Source: Fimbriosthenelais zetlandica (taxonomy: Eukaryota). From it: a stretch of 64,000 nucleotides of DNA. The stretch is taken from the NCBI GenBank assembly GCA_977030845.1, contig OZ365114.1, forward strand, positions 25,358,001-25,422,000, read 5' to 3'. The position numbers were made by a program, and so were the translations under genes. Of this stretch, positions 10,101 to 25,100 are shown in pieces. Below the pieces are notes generated by a model. That model was not told the origin of the DNA. It ran no database searches and was given only the letters and a program-made list of their open reading frames with translations. How positions within the stretch are numbered: position 1 is the first letter of the stretch; each line of letters begins with the position of its first letter.

Positions 10101-13100
10101 CAGTGCTGACATGGCCAAGTGCCCGACCCCCCTGATTACACCCTGCGCCCATCTCTCCTCAATGTAGTACATCAATGATGCCTCATCATGTGAGCCTATG
10201 GTCCTCCAGTGTGAACACACGGGAGCGCCGAGTATAAACGTAAACGAAGCCAGGTTGAGAAGAGAAAGCCCTCGCCTGATCTATATCAAATTATAGCCCG
10301 ACTGACCACCATCCACTTGCTGAAGATCGATAGCAGTCTGTACAGAAGATAGCAGCTCACATCCTTGTTGTAGCCTTCATTACTAAATGGACCTGCTTCC
10401 CTCCAGTGCAGGCCCACCCCCACTGATGATTTTTGTTTTTAAATAGCTCGTATTTGTATTGCGCTGCGTGTGTAACTCTGTGGGGGACTATTATAAAATA
10501 CTTTACTCTATCCAGCCATTTTGTTGTGTCAACAATAGACCATTATGGTCTCTCCGAGTCAGGATCGTGCTCCATGGGGGCAGCCCCTATCAGCTATTGA
10601 TCAAAAACACAAAGTCTGTTTCTGTGATTTCATAAAATATAGGTTTATGTTTCATAAATAGAACAATTGCCCACCACGAAGTTGTGAAATGAACGGTTCC
10701 ATATGTACCGTAAATCAAGATGTTTAGTTTATTATTTCCTCCATTTTCGAAATACCAAAACTGTGAAAAAGCGGTCCAACAAGACCTTGTAATTGACAGA
10801 TCATTGCATGCAGCTCATGTGTTATGTATGTGAAATTAACTCAAGAAATCCAAACACCCACTTAACATTTTACTACCCACTTAATGCCTACTATTGCTGT
10901 CAATTGGCCACACGCTCACCTCTTGTACTGAGGCTTTAGTCAGAGCTCAAGTGTCTGCTCTACCTCAAGAAAGGATATATGAATGTTTTCTTAACTCTCC
11001 TTCTTTAGTCTGGAGCCACAAGCCTGCAGCTACTAGCTCCCTGCTAGTTCCCCTGTTAAAGGCATGCCAAAACACACAGAGGCGTCTGTAGATACTTGTT
11101 AAATTCATTTGTAATGAGGGCTGTGCCAGGTGAGCCTTGTTGTAGTCTTTAGGGATCAAGACCCCCACTGGGCCCACCTATAGCTCCCATCAAAGTCCTT
11201 TCCCATTGATTTGAAAGCAAGTTAGGGATTTTTTCACATCCCCTCGACCGAGGAATCATGTCGCGTTTCATTCTCAAAAACATCATGCGCCATTTCATTA
11301 ATCATCATTTTGATTAAAAAGTAAAGAACCGGGGAAAAAAATGAGTCCATCAGGCACGATGTTTGTCCCGTTGTTAAGGGGTTGTATTATCAGGATTAAA
11401 TATTATTGTAATTCTGGTTTTAATGGATTGTTGCGGGGCTCACTGGTTTGACATGAAATTAATATCTGTACAGTAAAGGATGAAGCTTAGGGTAGTTTAT
11501 TACTTGTAGGACTCATATTAGATCTCAAATTTCATAGTACCTCCCCTATTTTACTATCATATTGTCATTTACAAGGTTTTTTTTTATATCCATGGTTTAT
11601 CATTACACACTCATAAGACACATGAGACCTTCACTCTAATATTAATATGAGCTACATGCCATTTGAAGCATCAAACATATGACGTACAATATTGTCGTGA
11701 TGTTGTGTCTAATATTGTATCAAATTATAGTTTATAAATAACATGACAGATGTAGCAACAATGGTAGTCTATTTATAAATTATATAGGCAATATTTTGTG
11801 AAATTTTCATGTTTCTTTTTGGATTTTCTAACTTTGCTCTTAGAGTAAAATGAAGGTAATGCCTGCTAACGATCCCTAAGCCTATAAACGTAGTTTACCT
11901 TTTCATTTATTAAATTTTTTGACTAGAATATCTTGTCAGTGGGTGTTTTCCTGAATATGGGGACATCCCAGATCCCCCTTCGATGTAGATCTTATAATAG
12001 ATATAGGAACTCACCCAAGAAGACTTGACTGTGGGTAAGATAAACATATACATAGACCAACGTTTCTGCTAACTACCTGGGAGTTAAAAGGTGGATGTTG
12101 GGCTAGCACGCTCCACTGCTTATCGTTACTTATCTCGTCTCTACCCACCATATCACTACACTGACTCCATCATTCTTATCTCTCCTCCTCACCTCCCTGC
12201 TCCTAGCAGAGACCCCGTTAATCAGCCTTATGATGACTCTCCATCTCTACCACTCAGTCAACCATGACAAGCATCTCCTGCTCTCTCTCCTCTCACCCCC
12301 GGGCCAGCCTAGATACGGTATTGACCATAATGTACCTAACACCTGTGACCTCTGGCCATGCTGGGGGCTCCTGTCTTTCCTGTTTTGACCAGATTTTGAG
12401 AGGAAGTCATTAAACTCGGCATCAAAAATCACCCACCCAATCAACGGACATGTGAATTTTAAATTCACCAGCCTTGGCAATCTGTATGCTTTATGCTTGA
12501 TTTGTTTGGAAAATTAGCCAACAATAAGTGGACGACCCCCTCCTGTGAGTAACTTCCCTCGCCCTGTTTAACCCCTTGACCTTAACCGATATAAATGGTA
12601 AATAGTAGGTCAGGCGTGTAACCAGATAACTTGTAGGCTGATGGGTGATGGCTCTGTCAGGGTTAATTGAAAATTAGTGTCGGAGTGAGATTTTTGGCTC
12701 TAGAGTCTTTCTGATTGTCATATATTAACTTGCTATGACAGATGGTGAAACATCGGCCTCCTTCTGGCCCTAGTCTCTGTTCAAAAATGTCCTAACTGTC
12801 TGGCCTCCCTTCTCAACTTTCCTTCGATAGAAAAATACTTTTCGCGAAGAGAAGTTTTTCATAATTTTTCCCCTGAGAAGTTTTCAGTCATCTGTAACAT
12901 AACATGTCTGATAACCGTCAGCTTTGACCCATCAGGGGTCTGTATTCACTCCAGTATCATCACTAGACGAGCGCTCGTCCCTAGGTCATAAACCCCTCGT
13001 CCCCCCAACCCCCTTGGAGGGCTACAAATTTCCCATTCAAGATGGGAAATATTTTATTATTAATTTCAACAAAATAAAAGAATCAAAGACTTGCGCAAGT

Positions 13101-16100
13101 CTAGATAACCGCCTCACATCTCCCAGTTTCTTTCCTCTACAGATGAAGTAGAATGCCCCCCTCCGCAAGACTTGCCGCAGGCAGACACGAACTCAACTAA
13201 TGAGATGCTATTATCCTTGGTTTTTACCAGCTTTTTGTGGGGCAATAAGCTTAAGCAGACATAATTAAAGTGACATATCCTAGGTGTACACATGAATGCA
13301 TCAAATCTGTGACAGCCTCACGGGGCTTTGAAGTTGAATGGACCATGGACATGGTTACAACTGATGCATTTAATGTTACAAGTCTCACTCTCACCTTCCA
13401 TGGTGTGTTTTACCACTCCTAGTTGTCATGAAATGAGGCTTTGTCGAAGATAAATTCTACACTTTTTTCCTTCTTTCACGCCTCGATTTTTCGGATCAAA
13501 GTTACCGAAAGATGAATTTGAAAGATCTATGTGAAAGTGAAGCGTATGGATTTGATTTCCACATTTAATGCTTTGCTATAAAACTAGCTTTGTGATCACT
13601 TACCTCACCTAGTTCAGGATCGATCAAAAGGAAAAGTGAGATTGTTGATGGAAGATTATAGAGTGTATTCACCATATCCTCCCCACTCCTCTAACTTCAT
13701 CTGGATCTCATTAAGTCAGGAACAAATACCTCCTGGCCGTTCCAGGAATAAATCCTTCCGGGTAAATTTTATTTGTTTACTCAATAGACTGGGCCTGAGA
13801 TTGGTCTGGAGAGGCAGTCTGGTCGGTGGAGAAGCTTTGAAAGCCTGCATATCAGGGGCGACGCCGTCTAGGCTGATCCAGTTATGAGTATTTCCACTCA
13901 ATATGAGTATTATTAGTACTAAATTAGCGCCCTACTTCTCCCTGTGAATCGAAACAATACCATTAATGATAATATAATAAACCTTAATTCCATCTTTATT
14001 ATGGGGGCAACAGAAAAATTCGGGTCAACCCCCGCAGTCAATGGCATGAGCTGTTGCTGCTCATACACGAGTTGCTCGTCTATTCACATCATATCAGGTG
14101 GAATAATGGTCCTACAACTCAAACCTCCTGTCTGCAAGTGTATTTTCTCAACCTACACGAAAACAGAATTAACATTTTTTTACATCCCATGCAGCTTAGT
14201 AAGAGCTGTAGGCTGTAAATCCATATGATACCATTCACAGGCCTGCTGGCATCTCAGACTATAGCTCCACTCCTCCTGCCAGCACCATCATGCCTATTAG
14301 CATGTCAATATGTGTGTTGATCCAATGCCAAGTTTGCCACTGGTGACTTGCTTCTTGTTATTCCCATTTTAGATGTTCAGACCTGAAAAAAGGAAGTTAC
14401 AGACAGTATATTTCCAAGCTACTATAAAGAGAAGAACATTTCATTACAGAGTATATGTGCTTGTAGTTATAAGCTATGAAGCAGCTTATAAGATAAATAC
14501 AAGGTCTGTAATATTGTCAATGAGATATTGTACATACACATCAGATTGCTTATTTTGCATCCACTTGCTATACTTTCACCATGTGGGAAAGTAACATTGC
14601 CCCGGGGACATTATGAATATCACTTGACTTTGCAGTGAAGATTAGTAGAGTAAGATTTTAAGCTGGGGATATGTAATATGCCATAGCCCACCCTCTATAG
14701 AGCTGGTCTCCACCTGTACCTTGTTTGTTTTCACAGATTAAATGCAGGTTAGAACTTTGCATACCAGGGAATATTCCCCTGTCTCTCAGTGTATTAGGGG
14801 CAAGAATGTCCATGTCTATTATAGAGTCTGGCTGCCGTTAGTTATCACATAACCCATTCAATTTGTATCCCCATAGACAACAAACAGAAAATTTCTCGTT
14901 AAATTTACTGGAAAATTTACCCATTAAAATGCGAGAAAAAATTAGGAAGGAAACGGAGGAAGGGATGGAAAGTGAAGGGAAAGGAGAAATCTCTGGTGAA
15001 GCCACCAACTCAGTTCTTGATCTCACTGATGGGTCACTCAGCATGGGGTTCAGGGCCTCCCCCCAGTACACCTCATGGATGGAGGCCCGCCCAGCAGGCC
15101 CTCCCCCTTCTCACCTTTACCTCTTCTCCCTCCAAGTCATATGGAACCAATGAGCTGACCAAGCATGTATAGGACATTCTCAATATTAATCTTGAGATAC
15201 CATTAGATCCGGTTTCACAAACCTACTCACACATGTTCCTTGGCATTTCATAACCAGACAACTTTGATAAAATTTCACTCTTCCACCATCTGGAGAGCAA
15301 GGTTGGAAGAAATATTATGGGTATGAAATTCGACCCTTCAACAGAAGGTTGGGGCCTCGTGCAGCATCCAATTTTACTTGGTATATTCTGAACTTTAGCC
15401 AACATTCCCATCCTTCACCCTATAGTCTGTATGTAAGCTGTCCCAAAGTTTGTTGTCACTTAGATGTAGGCAGAGTAATGGCATTTTTATGGCCTTCAAT
15501 TCATCAGCCTCTACATCGACGAAAACCGTGCAAATCCACCATTGTCAGTCGCAGTATGCCTGCTTTCGTTCAAGCGTCAATTTGTAATTGTTGGTCACAT
15601 TCCAAAAATACTCTCTGTCTGCTAATCGGAGTGAAACCACGTGGACTTTTTCATACCAATTTCTTAATACATACCACTGTATATATCTCCACTGGTTACC
15701 TTGACGACATCCCACCGCACCTGAAAATATGTCCAACGTTTAGAAATTTGTCACGTATTAGACAGAATATCCCTCCATTAAGACATTACCTGTTTTACGA
15801 GGTCATGTCTAAAGGATGAATTTCATAAGAAAAACCTTGTATTCCATAACAAATATATACTCTCTCTATTTTTGGAGTATAGTATCTGATGAATTTCATG
15901 GGTGTTTGTTTTAGAAACATTTGTTATGGTGCAGGGTGTAGTTTCCACTACTAACATCGCCGATCGGCGTAACTGCTATCAAATCAGAAAAAGAGATAGA
16001 TTCAATTTGTAGATGTCTAGGAAAGAATAGAATATGTTTGATTAGGGGAGGATGATACTGGAGAGTGGAATAACTCCTTCCTGGCATGCTACATATTTAA

Positions 16101-19100
16101 GATAATGGAGGCCAGCAGAAAAAAGAGAAGAATCGGATCTAAGGTTCATCTAAGCATCCAATTGAGATGTAATCAAGAGGGTGCGATGAATGTCGTAGAG
16201 AATTCTATATAAAGCCATCGCTCCTGACTAATTGAGAATATTGGAAAAAGGCCCTCAGCATTGCAAAGGGTTGATTAGGTTTTAAGTATTTTAACGTGCA
16301 TCTGGACAAAAACTAAGATTGCCATCTGCGTTTATCCCTCAGCAATCCCAATCTGTGTTGCACTTAAATCGTAGAGAAAATTAGGGAAATTAGGGAAATT
16401 ATCTAGATTGTAATATATTATTATAATATATTCCAAAGTCTGGTTTGTGGATCAGGAATAGGTAAAGCTAGGATGATCGGCTATGTGCAGGATTCTGCTT
16501 CTTTCTGCTGCTCGGGTCTTTTTGAAATGCAGCAGGCACAACGAAGGTTAGCAGGCGGTGGGTCTCTACTGTACTTAGGTTATCCCCTCAGGTGCATGCC
16601 TCCGCTCTGATCAGGGCTGACAGCTAGAACGGCCTGAAGACTTGACTCACTTGGCCACATATTGCCTGCACATGGTCTCTACATAGCTCAAGGGGATCTA
16701 TTCCTTCTCTCTATGTTCTCTTATGCCAACACAACCTACTTCCTAAAGTCAGTCCTAACAGAAACTGATGGAGAACCTATCCACGCTTCTTGAATCTCAG
16801 ACTTGAATTAAAGTTCATGATGATAGGTTTACTATTGTGAGATGGGGGAAATATATGTTTTATGGAGGTTCATGTGCCAAGAGTGCAAGTTCATAATTGA
16901 ATTTTTATCCATTCAGCAGCTATTTCATATTTCACTATGATGGCGGGCGAATCATGACTCTAACAGACCATGTGCATTACCATAGGGCGGCCACCACCTA
17001 ACCTTTCCGTGGAAAGTGGAGACACTCCTATTTCTGGAACTGTCATTCAAGCAGGTCATTTTTTCCAGCTTTTTTGACATTTATTTTAGCCCGCTCACAT
17101 TACAAGCCCTCTTCATAGCCAGGTTGTTTGTTTAGCTTTTCAGCGAAGGAGTTTTGTTCCATTTCGAAACTCTTTAGATGTCAATTGAACTTTTTCAATA
17201 AGCAGATGATGTTTCCTACATGCTTAGTATGGATAAATGCCATTGAGAAATCATCTGTGGAGCTGCCAAGGCCATCTATAGTTTGTGTACATGTACTGGA
17301 GTGGTGGTGAGCAGTCTACTGACCAGTGGTTACATGTAGGTTGGTAGTAAGTGTTTGACATGATGGTCGTTTCATTACGTCCTATGCTCAGGTGACTGAT
17401 AGACCAGGTCCTACTCACCATCACAGCAATCTTTGAACTAGAACCACGGCCAACACCTGTTCATACCTGGAAGCACACACATTCCCCCCTCACCCTCTCA
17501 GCCCTCCAGCCGTGTAATTTACCTGCCAACCGGGTTAATTTGGACCTGGTCGGATAACCGATACAAGGTGTTTCAAGTGGGGATTTCAAGGATAAATACC
17601 CGGCTATATGACAGATATAAGCACTGACTGGTATACCACTGGTCTCTGTCACTAAAACTGGCCATATATTTAGCACTCACTTACCTGATGTGCATATTAA
17701 AGTGATTTTGAATCATCCGTTATCTTATCCATTTGAGACTAAAAAAAAAATTATCTTAAGCAGCATCTTCTGTGTGAAATGTAAGTGCATTAAGATAAAT
17801 CATGTACACGTTTCTTTTAAAAAATATTAATAATTCCCGTTAGATCTTTTGATCTTTGTCATGCTCTGATAGATGGAACTTCTGAAGGAAAAGGGACTGC
17901 CCCTGATTTCCAGGGATGAACTATAATTGTTCAGATAATCGTATATTACATGCCTTGGTTCCCAACCTGTTTACTAATACTGAAAGTTGGATCCTTCTGT
18001 TTCAATACTGTATTACTTTGAAGTATGCACATAACCCCCATCTGTCTAGACACAAGATGAATTAAGGTAGCTAGGCAGGGATGTGTTTACTCCCAGTTCA
18101 AGGGCTATAAATGCATTCCCCGGCCATCCAGTGAGAGCGGAATCTGGCGCAATAGGCAGCGTTATGATCTATGCCAGGGATCGGTCCTGCCTTTGTTTGA
18201 TATCCATCGCCACAAGAAAGAAGATGAATTAACTTTTTTGTCCCCCAGTTTGTTTTCTTTCTCAGAGAAGAGATCACTGAATCCTATATACAGTGGAAGT
18301 AGATTTTAGTCGTATTTGATTCTATCTATCTTTATGTAATGGAAAAGATCACAAGAATTATGTGGTCCTGTGAGATAGATATATGAAATCGAATGCAGTA
18401 TTGTCTGTCTATCTTGACAGATCTATAGATATAATGTTTTAGACAGATAGAATGTCTGTTTACCATGTTATATGGCACCAGTTAGAACTTAAGGCGACAG
18501 TGTAAATTTTGATGACTGACCCCTCAAGTAGACATGTACTAAATTGCATTCTGACTGCACTCTAGCGATAAGATAAATAATGGAAGGACCGATTGTTCTC
18601 CTGTGATCAGATAAACTTGGATTACATATATTCAGGATGCTGTGATAAAAAGTCCGAGATCAGGCCGATTTCTACCTCCACTCCAACCCGCATCTACCCC
18701 ACAAATCCAAATCTAGTTAAAAAGAAATTAGATTAAATCATTCTCCAATATACTTCTCCTGCCCGGCCCTGCAGCATGCCATTTCCTTTTCAAGATAAGA
18801 AACAAAAACTCCATCTCAATGATAGGGGATATCCTATATCGCCACCAACCAGATACAATTGTCCTGTCTGTCTCGTCTCTCAAAATATGTTTCGCCATAT
18901 ACAATGTTTGATTGCTATCCGCTTGCTTTGATATAGCGGTAATTTAATAGCCAGCGGGAATGCGTGTAATATATTTGCAATACCAAACGATTATTGTACA
19001 ATAGATGGCTGTTTACTCGACTCTGATGGTGCATCTTTCCATTACTTTACAGAAGCCCCCTTTTACGTGCATCTCGTTTTTCCCTGCACATTAAGAACTT

Positions 19101-22100
19101 GGCTGTAGGACCAAGTCATGGTCGTACATCAAAGGGTCTGTAGCTTGAGAGATTAGAGTTGTTTAAGGTCATTTTGATGCACGTAATTAGATTTTCTGTG
19201 GGGTTTTAGATCCCTCGTCCCTGTTTCATTTAGATATTTGAACATTAAGCTTGTATTTAGTTAGATTCAAAGATTGAATATATACAGTCAGCTTTGTAAA
19301 TACATCATCAGCAAAGGCACTATAATATTATGTTCTGAACATTATGAAATTTATATAATTGTATTAGACCGACAAATGGTCTGGGGGACTATGTTCTGTT
19401 TATATTTTTGGTATTCATCAGCACCAAATCTCATATAAGAGAACCCGCAGCCTCTAATAATGAGAAATCCAGGGGTTATTGTCCTTTCAAACTAAAGGAC
19501 CAAAACATTCCATGCTACACACAGAGCATCAATTTATGCTTACAAGGAGCACCATCTGGTGGTGCAAAGATCCAGCGAGGAAAATAGAGGCAAAAATGTG
19601 CTCCCTGTGGTGGTGAGTGATCCCCACATCTCTAGTTAATCCGCGCCTGGTATTGTCTCTGGCAGTAGAGAGATGACACTTTATGCCAGCGTCTTCAAGC
19701 CTTCTGGTCCCTGCTCTTTATCATTCCCCCACTGGATGTTGCCCAGACTTTCAGAGACTGGCTGGAAAATAAAGCTTAATGAAGGAAGAGTGGGTAAAAG
19801 GCAGGGGAAGACAATAGAGGTTGATCAGAGGTCGTTTCCTCACACCCACCCATCCCAGCCTGGCCGGACGAGCGCCACGTGACAGTCATGTGACCTCTGT
19901 CTCAGGCTAGCCCAACCATCCATCTTCCCAAAGGGTATCGATCCAAGGGCAGCAAGATTGGATTGTTTATGGGCGTGCGAATTCTAACCATCATCTTGGG
20001 AATATTGTGTATGGTAAACACGTGGCTTGGGTGGGACTGCGAGCATCAGAACCTCATATGTTAGGTTCTCTTCGCTCTTCATCATTATTGATAATCTCTG
20101 ATCTTTCTTTCATGCTTAAGTGATCTGGTCATGATCTGAAATTTAAAATCATTCAGGACTTGGTCTGTCCATTTATTCTGGACTTGAAGCTATAACCAAC
20201 ACTCGCCAATCATTGCTTTTGGAGAAAAATAGCTGAGAAAGAAGTTTGGATTTGGTGTGGGAGTGTTGGCCCAGACGTTATTGATACAGTGGCCCATGTT
20301 CATGGTCCCTGACATGACAGTTGCAATGGACTGGTGGATTTCTCGGTTCGTCTCGAAAGTGACTGTGACTGTGTGTGGGGCTTTTTTAGCCTGGAGCCAG
20401 AGACTCGGTACACAGGCTCTGTAATGGACGTCAAACAAGACAAGTTGACAGTGCGCTCACTCTGCCCATTGGTCTGATATTAATTCATACACGACACTTG
20501 CAGTGTGTAGATTGGTGGTGGCGGAGGAGGAGATGGTGAGATTAATGGTCCATTTTAGCCACATAATGGCCAATCACAGCCACCAACCACACATCACACA
20601 CTGTTCCCTCTTAATGTAATTTGTCTGACTTCTAATTCCCTGGTCAAACTTATAAAAACATCATCTATACTATCATGGGAAGCAAGGCTATCTATGTGTG
20701 GTTGAACACTTTGATGAATATTTTACATTGGTGTCAAATGCCAATAAAGGTCTCTCACAATAGCTTGCCAATCTGTTGTCTTCAGCTTGTTCAGCTGTTC
20801 TCCAGGGTAGCTAATTCTAACCCCTCATTGTTCGGCTTGTAGTAGCCTACACTGAATGCACTTCACATGTATACATGTTCTCTGGCCCAGTTTTACCCAT
20901 TGTAGTTACCTGTGCATAATCCCTGTATTGTGCTGCACGATGAAGAGCCCGATAAAACTGCTATCACTAATCCGATGTTGCTAATACTGCATTGACAATG
21001 CAAGAATGAAATGAAAGCCCACCATTGAGGAGCATGATCTATAGTTGAGATACATGTACATCTCTATTGGGTGATCATATGCCTTTAGCAGTGCTCGGGC
21101 TACACATCTCAACTATTCTAGTCAATAGAACACCCATTGACCGAACCTGATAAGCCATCTTATGGTTTCACCTGTCCATACAAAGAACTCTGAGAATCCT
21201 TCATATTATGGGAAAGTGATATACTGATGTCCTGAGGCTAGAGTTTAATGTAATTTAGACTCTTTGCCCAAATATAGAGTTGAGTTTAGTGTATCCGCCC
21301 ACATGACATGGTCATTCTCGCTTTGCACGAGAATCTCCAAATCTTTAAATTATCGGGCAAGTCATGAAAACATTGAAATTGAAAACGATAGCATCAGTTC
21401 AGCATCAGTTGTTAACTGTATATGGGTTATAAATATAAGGCAACCCCACATCGCCCCTCAGGACTGTGTACCCCTTGTTCCCCTCCCCCTTGTTTAGCAG
21501 TTCTTACCCAAAGAAGTCATCACTAGGAATAATCCCTGCTGCCTTTGGAGGCAGGACCCCCTTGTTGTTCAGTTATGTAGCTCAGCTTAGAACGTGATCC
21601 CTTTGTTGGGGAGAGCGAAACTGAATCATTCAGCTACTTTATACATGTTGTATTCACTCCATCTCATTCGTATCCTCCTTGTGAACTGACCCAACAAGTT
21701 GCCAGGTCTTGCGTGGGATAGATTAAATAGAATAGACCAAAGACCAGTCAGTCCCATCTGTACGGTTATTTGCTCTCAGCTCCACCAGGCCTTTTAACAG
21801 AGAGCTGTCTTTCTCAGTAGTCAACGTTATATGAATTGCCCATGGCTTGGCTAAAGCAAATTTTAAGCCCTGTCAAGAGATGTGTTGAACCTGAAGCAAA
21901 ATACAGACTAATCCTGCTGCATTGAGAGGGGGTCTTGGTGCTCCATATTTGGTGGCCTCCTTTCTATACACAAGGTAACCAGTACATGTAGAAGTCAATA
22001 CCCTGTCTGTTGCTATCCCCTGAGGTGGAGACGAGAAAATGAAACCCATAATTATACCCTGCAGACTACGCGCATGTCCATTTTGAAATCGAACCACTCA

Positions 22101-25100
22101 AGAATTCCCCTTCAGGATTTCTATGAGTTTGTATTAAGCGGAAAGACATCCACTTCTTCTATGATTAAAATCCACAAGAGTTGAAAAGAAATTTTGACAT
22201 ACATGTAGTTTCTTTTGAACTTCTTGTCCTTAATATGGACCGGAATTTTTCCATCAGTGTATTGGTGGGAATGTTCTCTTGATAACCATGTAAATCAATG
22301 ATAAAAAATAAGCTTCATGAAGGTCATGGTCTAGAGAGCCCAGACAGTTAGAGTTGACATAGTGACCCATAGCTTGCTGGGATCATGGCCTTTGTCCCTA
22401 TTTCACTGTAGATTTATTTCTTCCCCAGCAGCAGTCACCCCCATCTCAACACCTCTCAGGTAGATAGACCTTTTTACAGGTAACTCCCGTGCTTTAAAGC
22501 CTGTAAGATATCCTCACTGTTACAGTGCTGCAGCTGCCTGTAATCTAGCTGAGGATATATTATTTAAATGCTGGTATATAGGCGTGTAGACAGCTATATT
22601 AGATTGCCATATATCCCAGGTGTATTTTTATGGATCCAGCTGTCTCGATTCCCTCCCTTCTCATTTATTTTTTTAAAAAACATCGACTTCCACAACTAAT
22701 GCAAGTTTGAACGAGTACAACCAATCTGTATTGAATACATTTGACAATGCAGAAACTGTTGCCTTTTCTTTGGATCTCATAAAAGAGTCCATTCCTTGGC
22801 TGGAAAAAAGACCATTGAAACGACTTGTAAGGAAGGTGTAGACCGGAATCCTGACACGCCATCCATTGGGTGTGTTTAAAAAACAAATAGCTGGTTTAAG
22901 TTTACAATGGGCGGGTGAAAAAGGTGAAATATAAGCTCGACCCGCCCACAGGCCTGTCTTCCTGCCTGGCCTGCCCAGGCTCTATACCAAGCTGCAGGGG
23001 TTGTTCAACTTTCACAGTCCTGATACCTCCTTAATACCCCCATCCTGCGTCTCACCCCGCTTTTGTCTCTGCCGGCCATGTTTGGGAGTGGAATGCGGCC
23101 TCTGAACATGCCTTGGTAAGCTGCTCCACTGAGTTACTAGGGGCTAGCAGTCTTTTTTCTCCTGCTTTTTATTATGCATATCATTGATCCGTGAGCACCT
23201 TTGATGTTTCAAGTTGCCGTTAAAAACTGGCCAACTGGTACTTGTGGTGGGTTCAAGGCCCGCCTCAGCAATGAACATTCACTTGATGTGTGAAAAAAAT
23301 GCTTGCATATATGGAAGTTGCCATCACAGACTTCTCATGGGAACTCGTTCACCTTTTCGTGAAACCATATTTTATGCCCGAAAATAATGATCATGAAATA
23401 CATCTTTTTTGATGCCTTTGTATAATCATAGACCATAAAGGTGAATAATTTAAGTAATGCATTTTATCAGTAGTTGTGAGAAACATTCACGGAATCCCAA
23501 CGCTATTTAGAAATCAAAAACCGTGGTTTAGAACAGCTCGAAATGAAAAAAGAAATCTTCGTGAAGGGGAAAAGTATTTGCCATTGCCAAAAATATCAGA
23601 TTACATCTGAGTAAGTGCATTGCTAAGTGCATTCTTGGAGCACCTGTTTCATTTCTATAAGATCAGAAGTTACCATGCAGCATACAACACCACCCTTCTA
23701 ACTGCAATACAATTTGCCATTGCTTTTCCGCAATCAAAAAGTTATGCATGACCACACAGTTAACCATAATATTCCACGATTAATAACCTGAAATTAATTG
23801 GAGAAATCACTTCCCAACAAAATGTATTTGTGTCTTTGTCAAACCGTATGGTTGGGCAGGTTGTATCTGCCCTTTTTACATTGACAAATAGACTCCTTTG
23901 TCAGACCATTGAGGCTGCAAAGAATAGATTCAAGGTGAAGTTGGTTGCCACAGAAAGTTATACCACGTTTTCAAAGCTCAGAAGAGGGCAACCAACTCTG
24001 AGTGTTTTTACCAGGGTAAAGTTTACAATCAACTGCACAAAACATGAAAGAATCAAGAGTTTGAATGGAAAGGAAAAATTAAGGCTCCTCGGAGATTCGC
24101 ATGCTGTGCACATGAAAGAACCTTTGAAGTGACAAAAGGTAAATAATGTATTTGATACCATTCTGCCCATGTTCACCCTCTACGGGAGCTATGCAAATAT
24201 GTCTTTTTCAATTGGCACACACACGTGACTGTCTATTACCATGGGTCTTTGTGGATCCCAACTTGAAGATAAAGAAGCCTTCACTAGGTAGGCCAGCTTA
24301 TCAAATAAATACCTCACATATTGCATTCATGCACCATTGGCATTATACATTCACCCTTATGTTCCCAATCTTTTAAAATTGGGCTTTTGGGTAAAAGTGC
24401 TTTACTGTCAACAGTGACAACCCCTGTTGGTTGCCAGATATTGCTCGTAAAACAGAAACTGTTTATAGAGAGAAGAGAAATGAACAAACATGGAAGCACA
24501 CAACAGCAGCGAGGCAAACAGTGGTATCGATACATGACCCGGACATGTCTTTTGCCTGGAGTGCATGGAAAAACAGAAGGCAGGTCATGGCGGTGTGAGT
24601 GTTATGACCACTTTTGATGTGGCCTGTTAGCCCCAGCCTGCCTCATGTCGAGGGATGACCCAGCACTGGGGCACTGGATCATGATGGCAGGCCAATGATG
24701 GAGGGCCAATGATGGCTATACATATGGACATGGAGCTTTTACTCCCCTCTCTCTTTTTCCATCTCACCACGACCCTCCCGCCCTTTCACTTAGTCTATTT
24801 TTCCGAGGCCACAAATTTAACCATATTTTTGAAAAACACCCCCGAGGGGATGCCCTGACCATTGGCAATCATTTCTGCTACCTGCATGTATATAGCTGAA
24901 ATAGCTCATGCTCGTAGCATAATTGAGGGATAAATTTAGTCAAATTGTGGTACAAATTAGAGAAAATCACCGATGGGTAACTGATCTCTGGCAATTGCAC
25001 TGCTCCACTCCACCGTGCTGCTACTGCTCCACTATGATATCAAATTGATCGATGGCATTAGCAATTCTAATTCTTCTCCTCTGCCCACAGTTCTCCACAT

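Noticed and set aside
14720-14755. Possible 11-nt microexon CAG|ATTAAATGCAG|GTTAGA
   Set aside because: The donor is weak, the length is frame-breaking, and many similar isolated acceptors occur in the intron.
15349-15819. 156-aa + strand ORF
   Set aside because: It has a TTG start, no domain and no convincing splice signals.
23236-23262. B-box-like GGGTTCAAGGCCC (also TCAAATCCC near 35225)
   Set aside because: No A box, cloverleaf or recognisable SINE body could be supported, so no tRNA gene is called.
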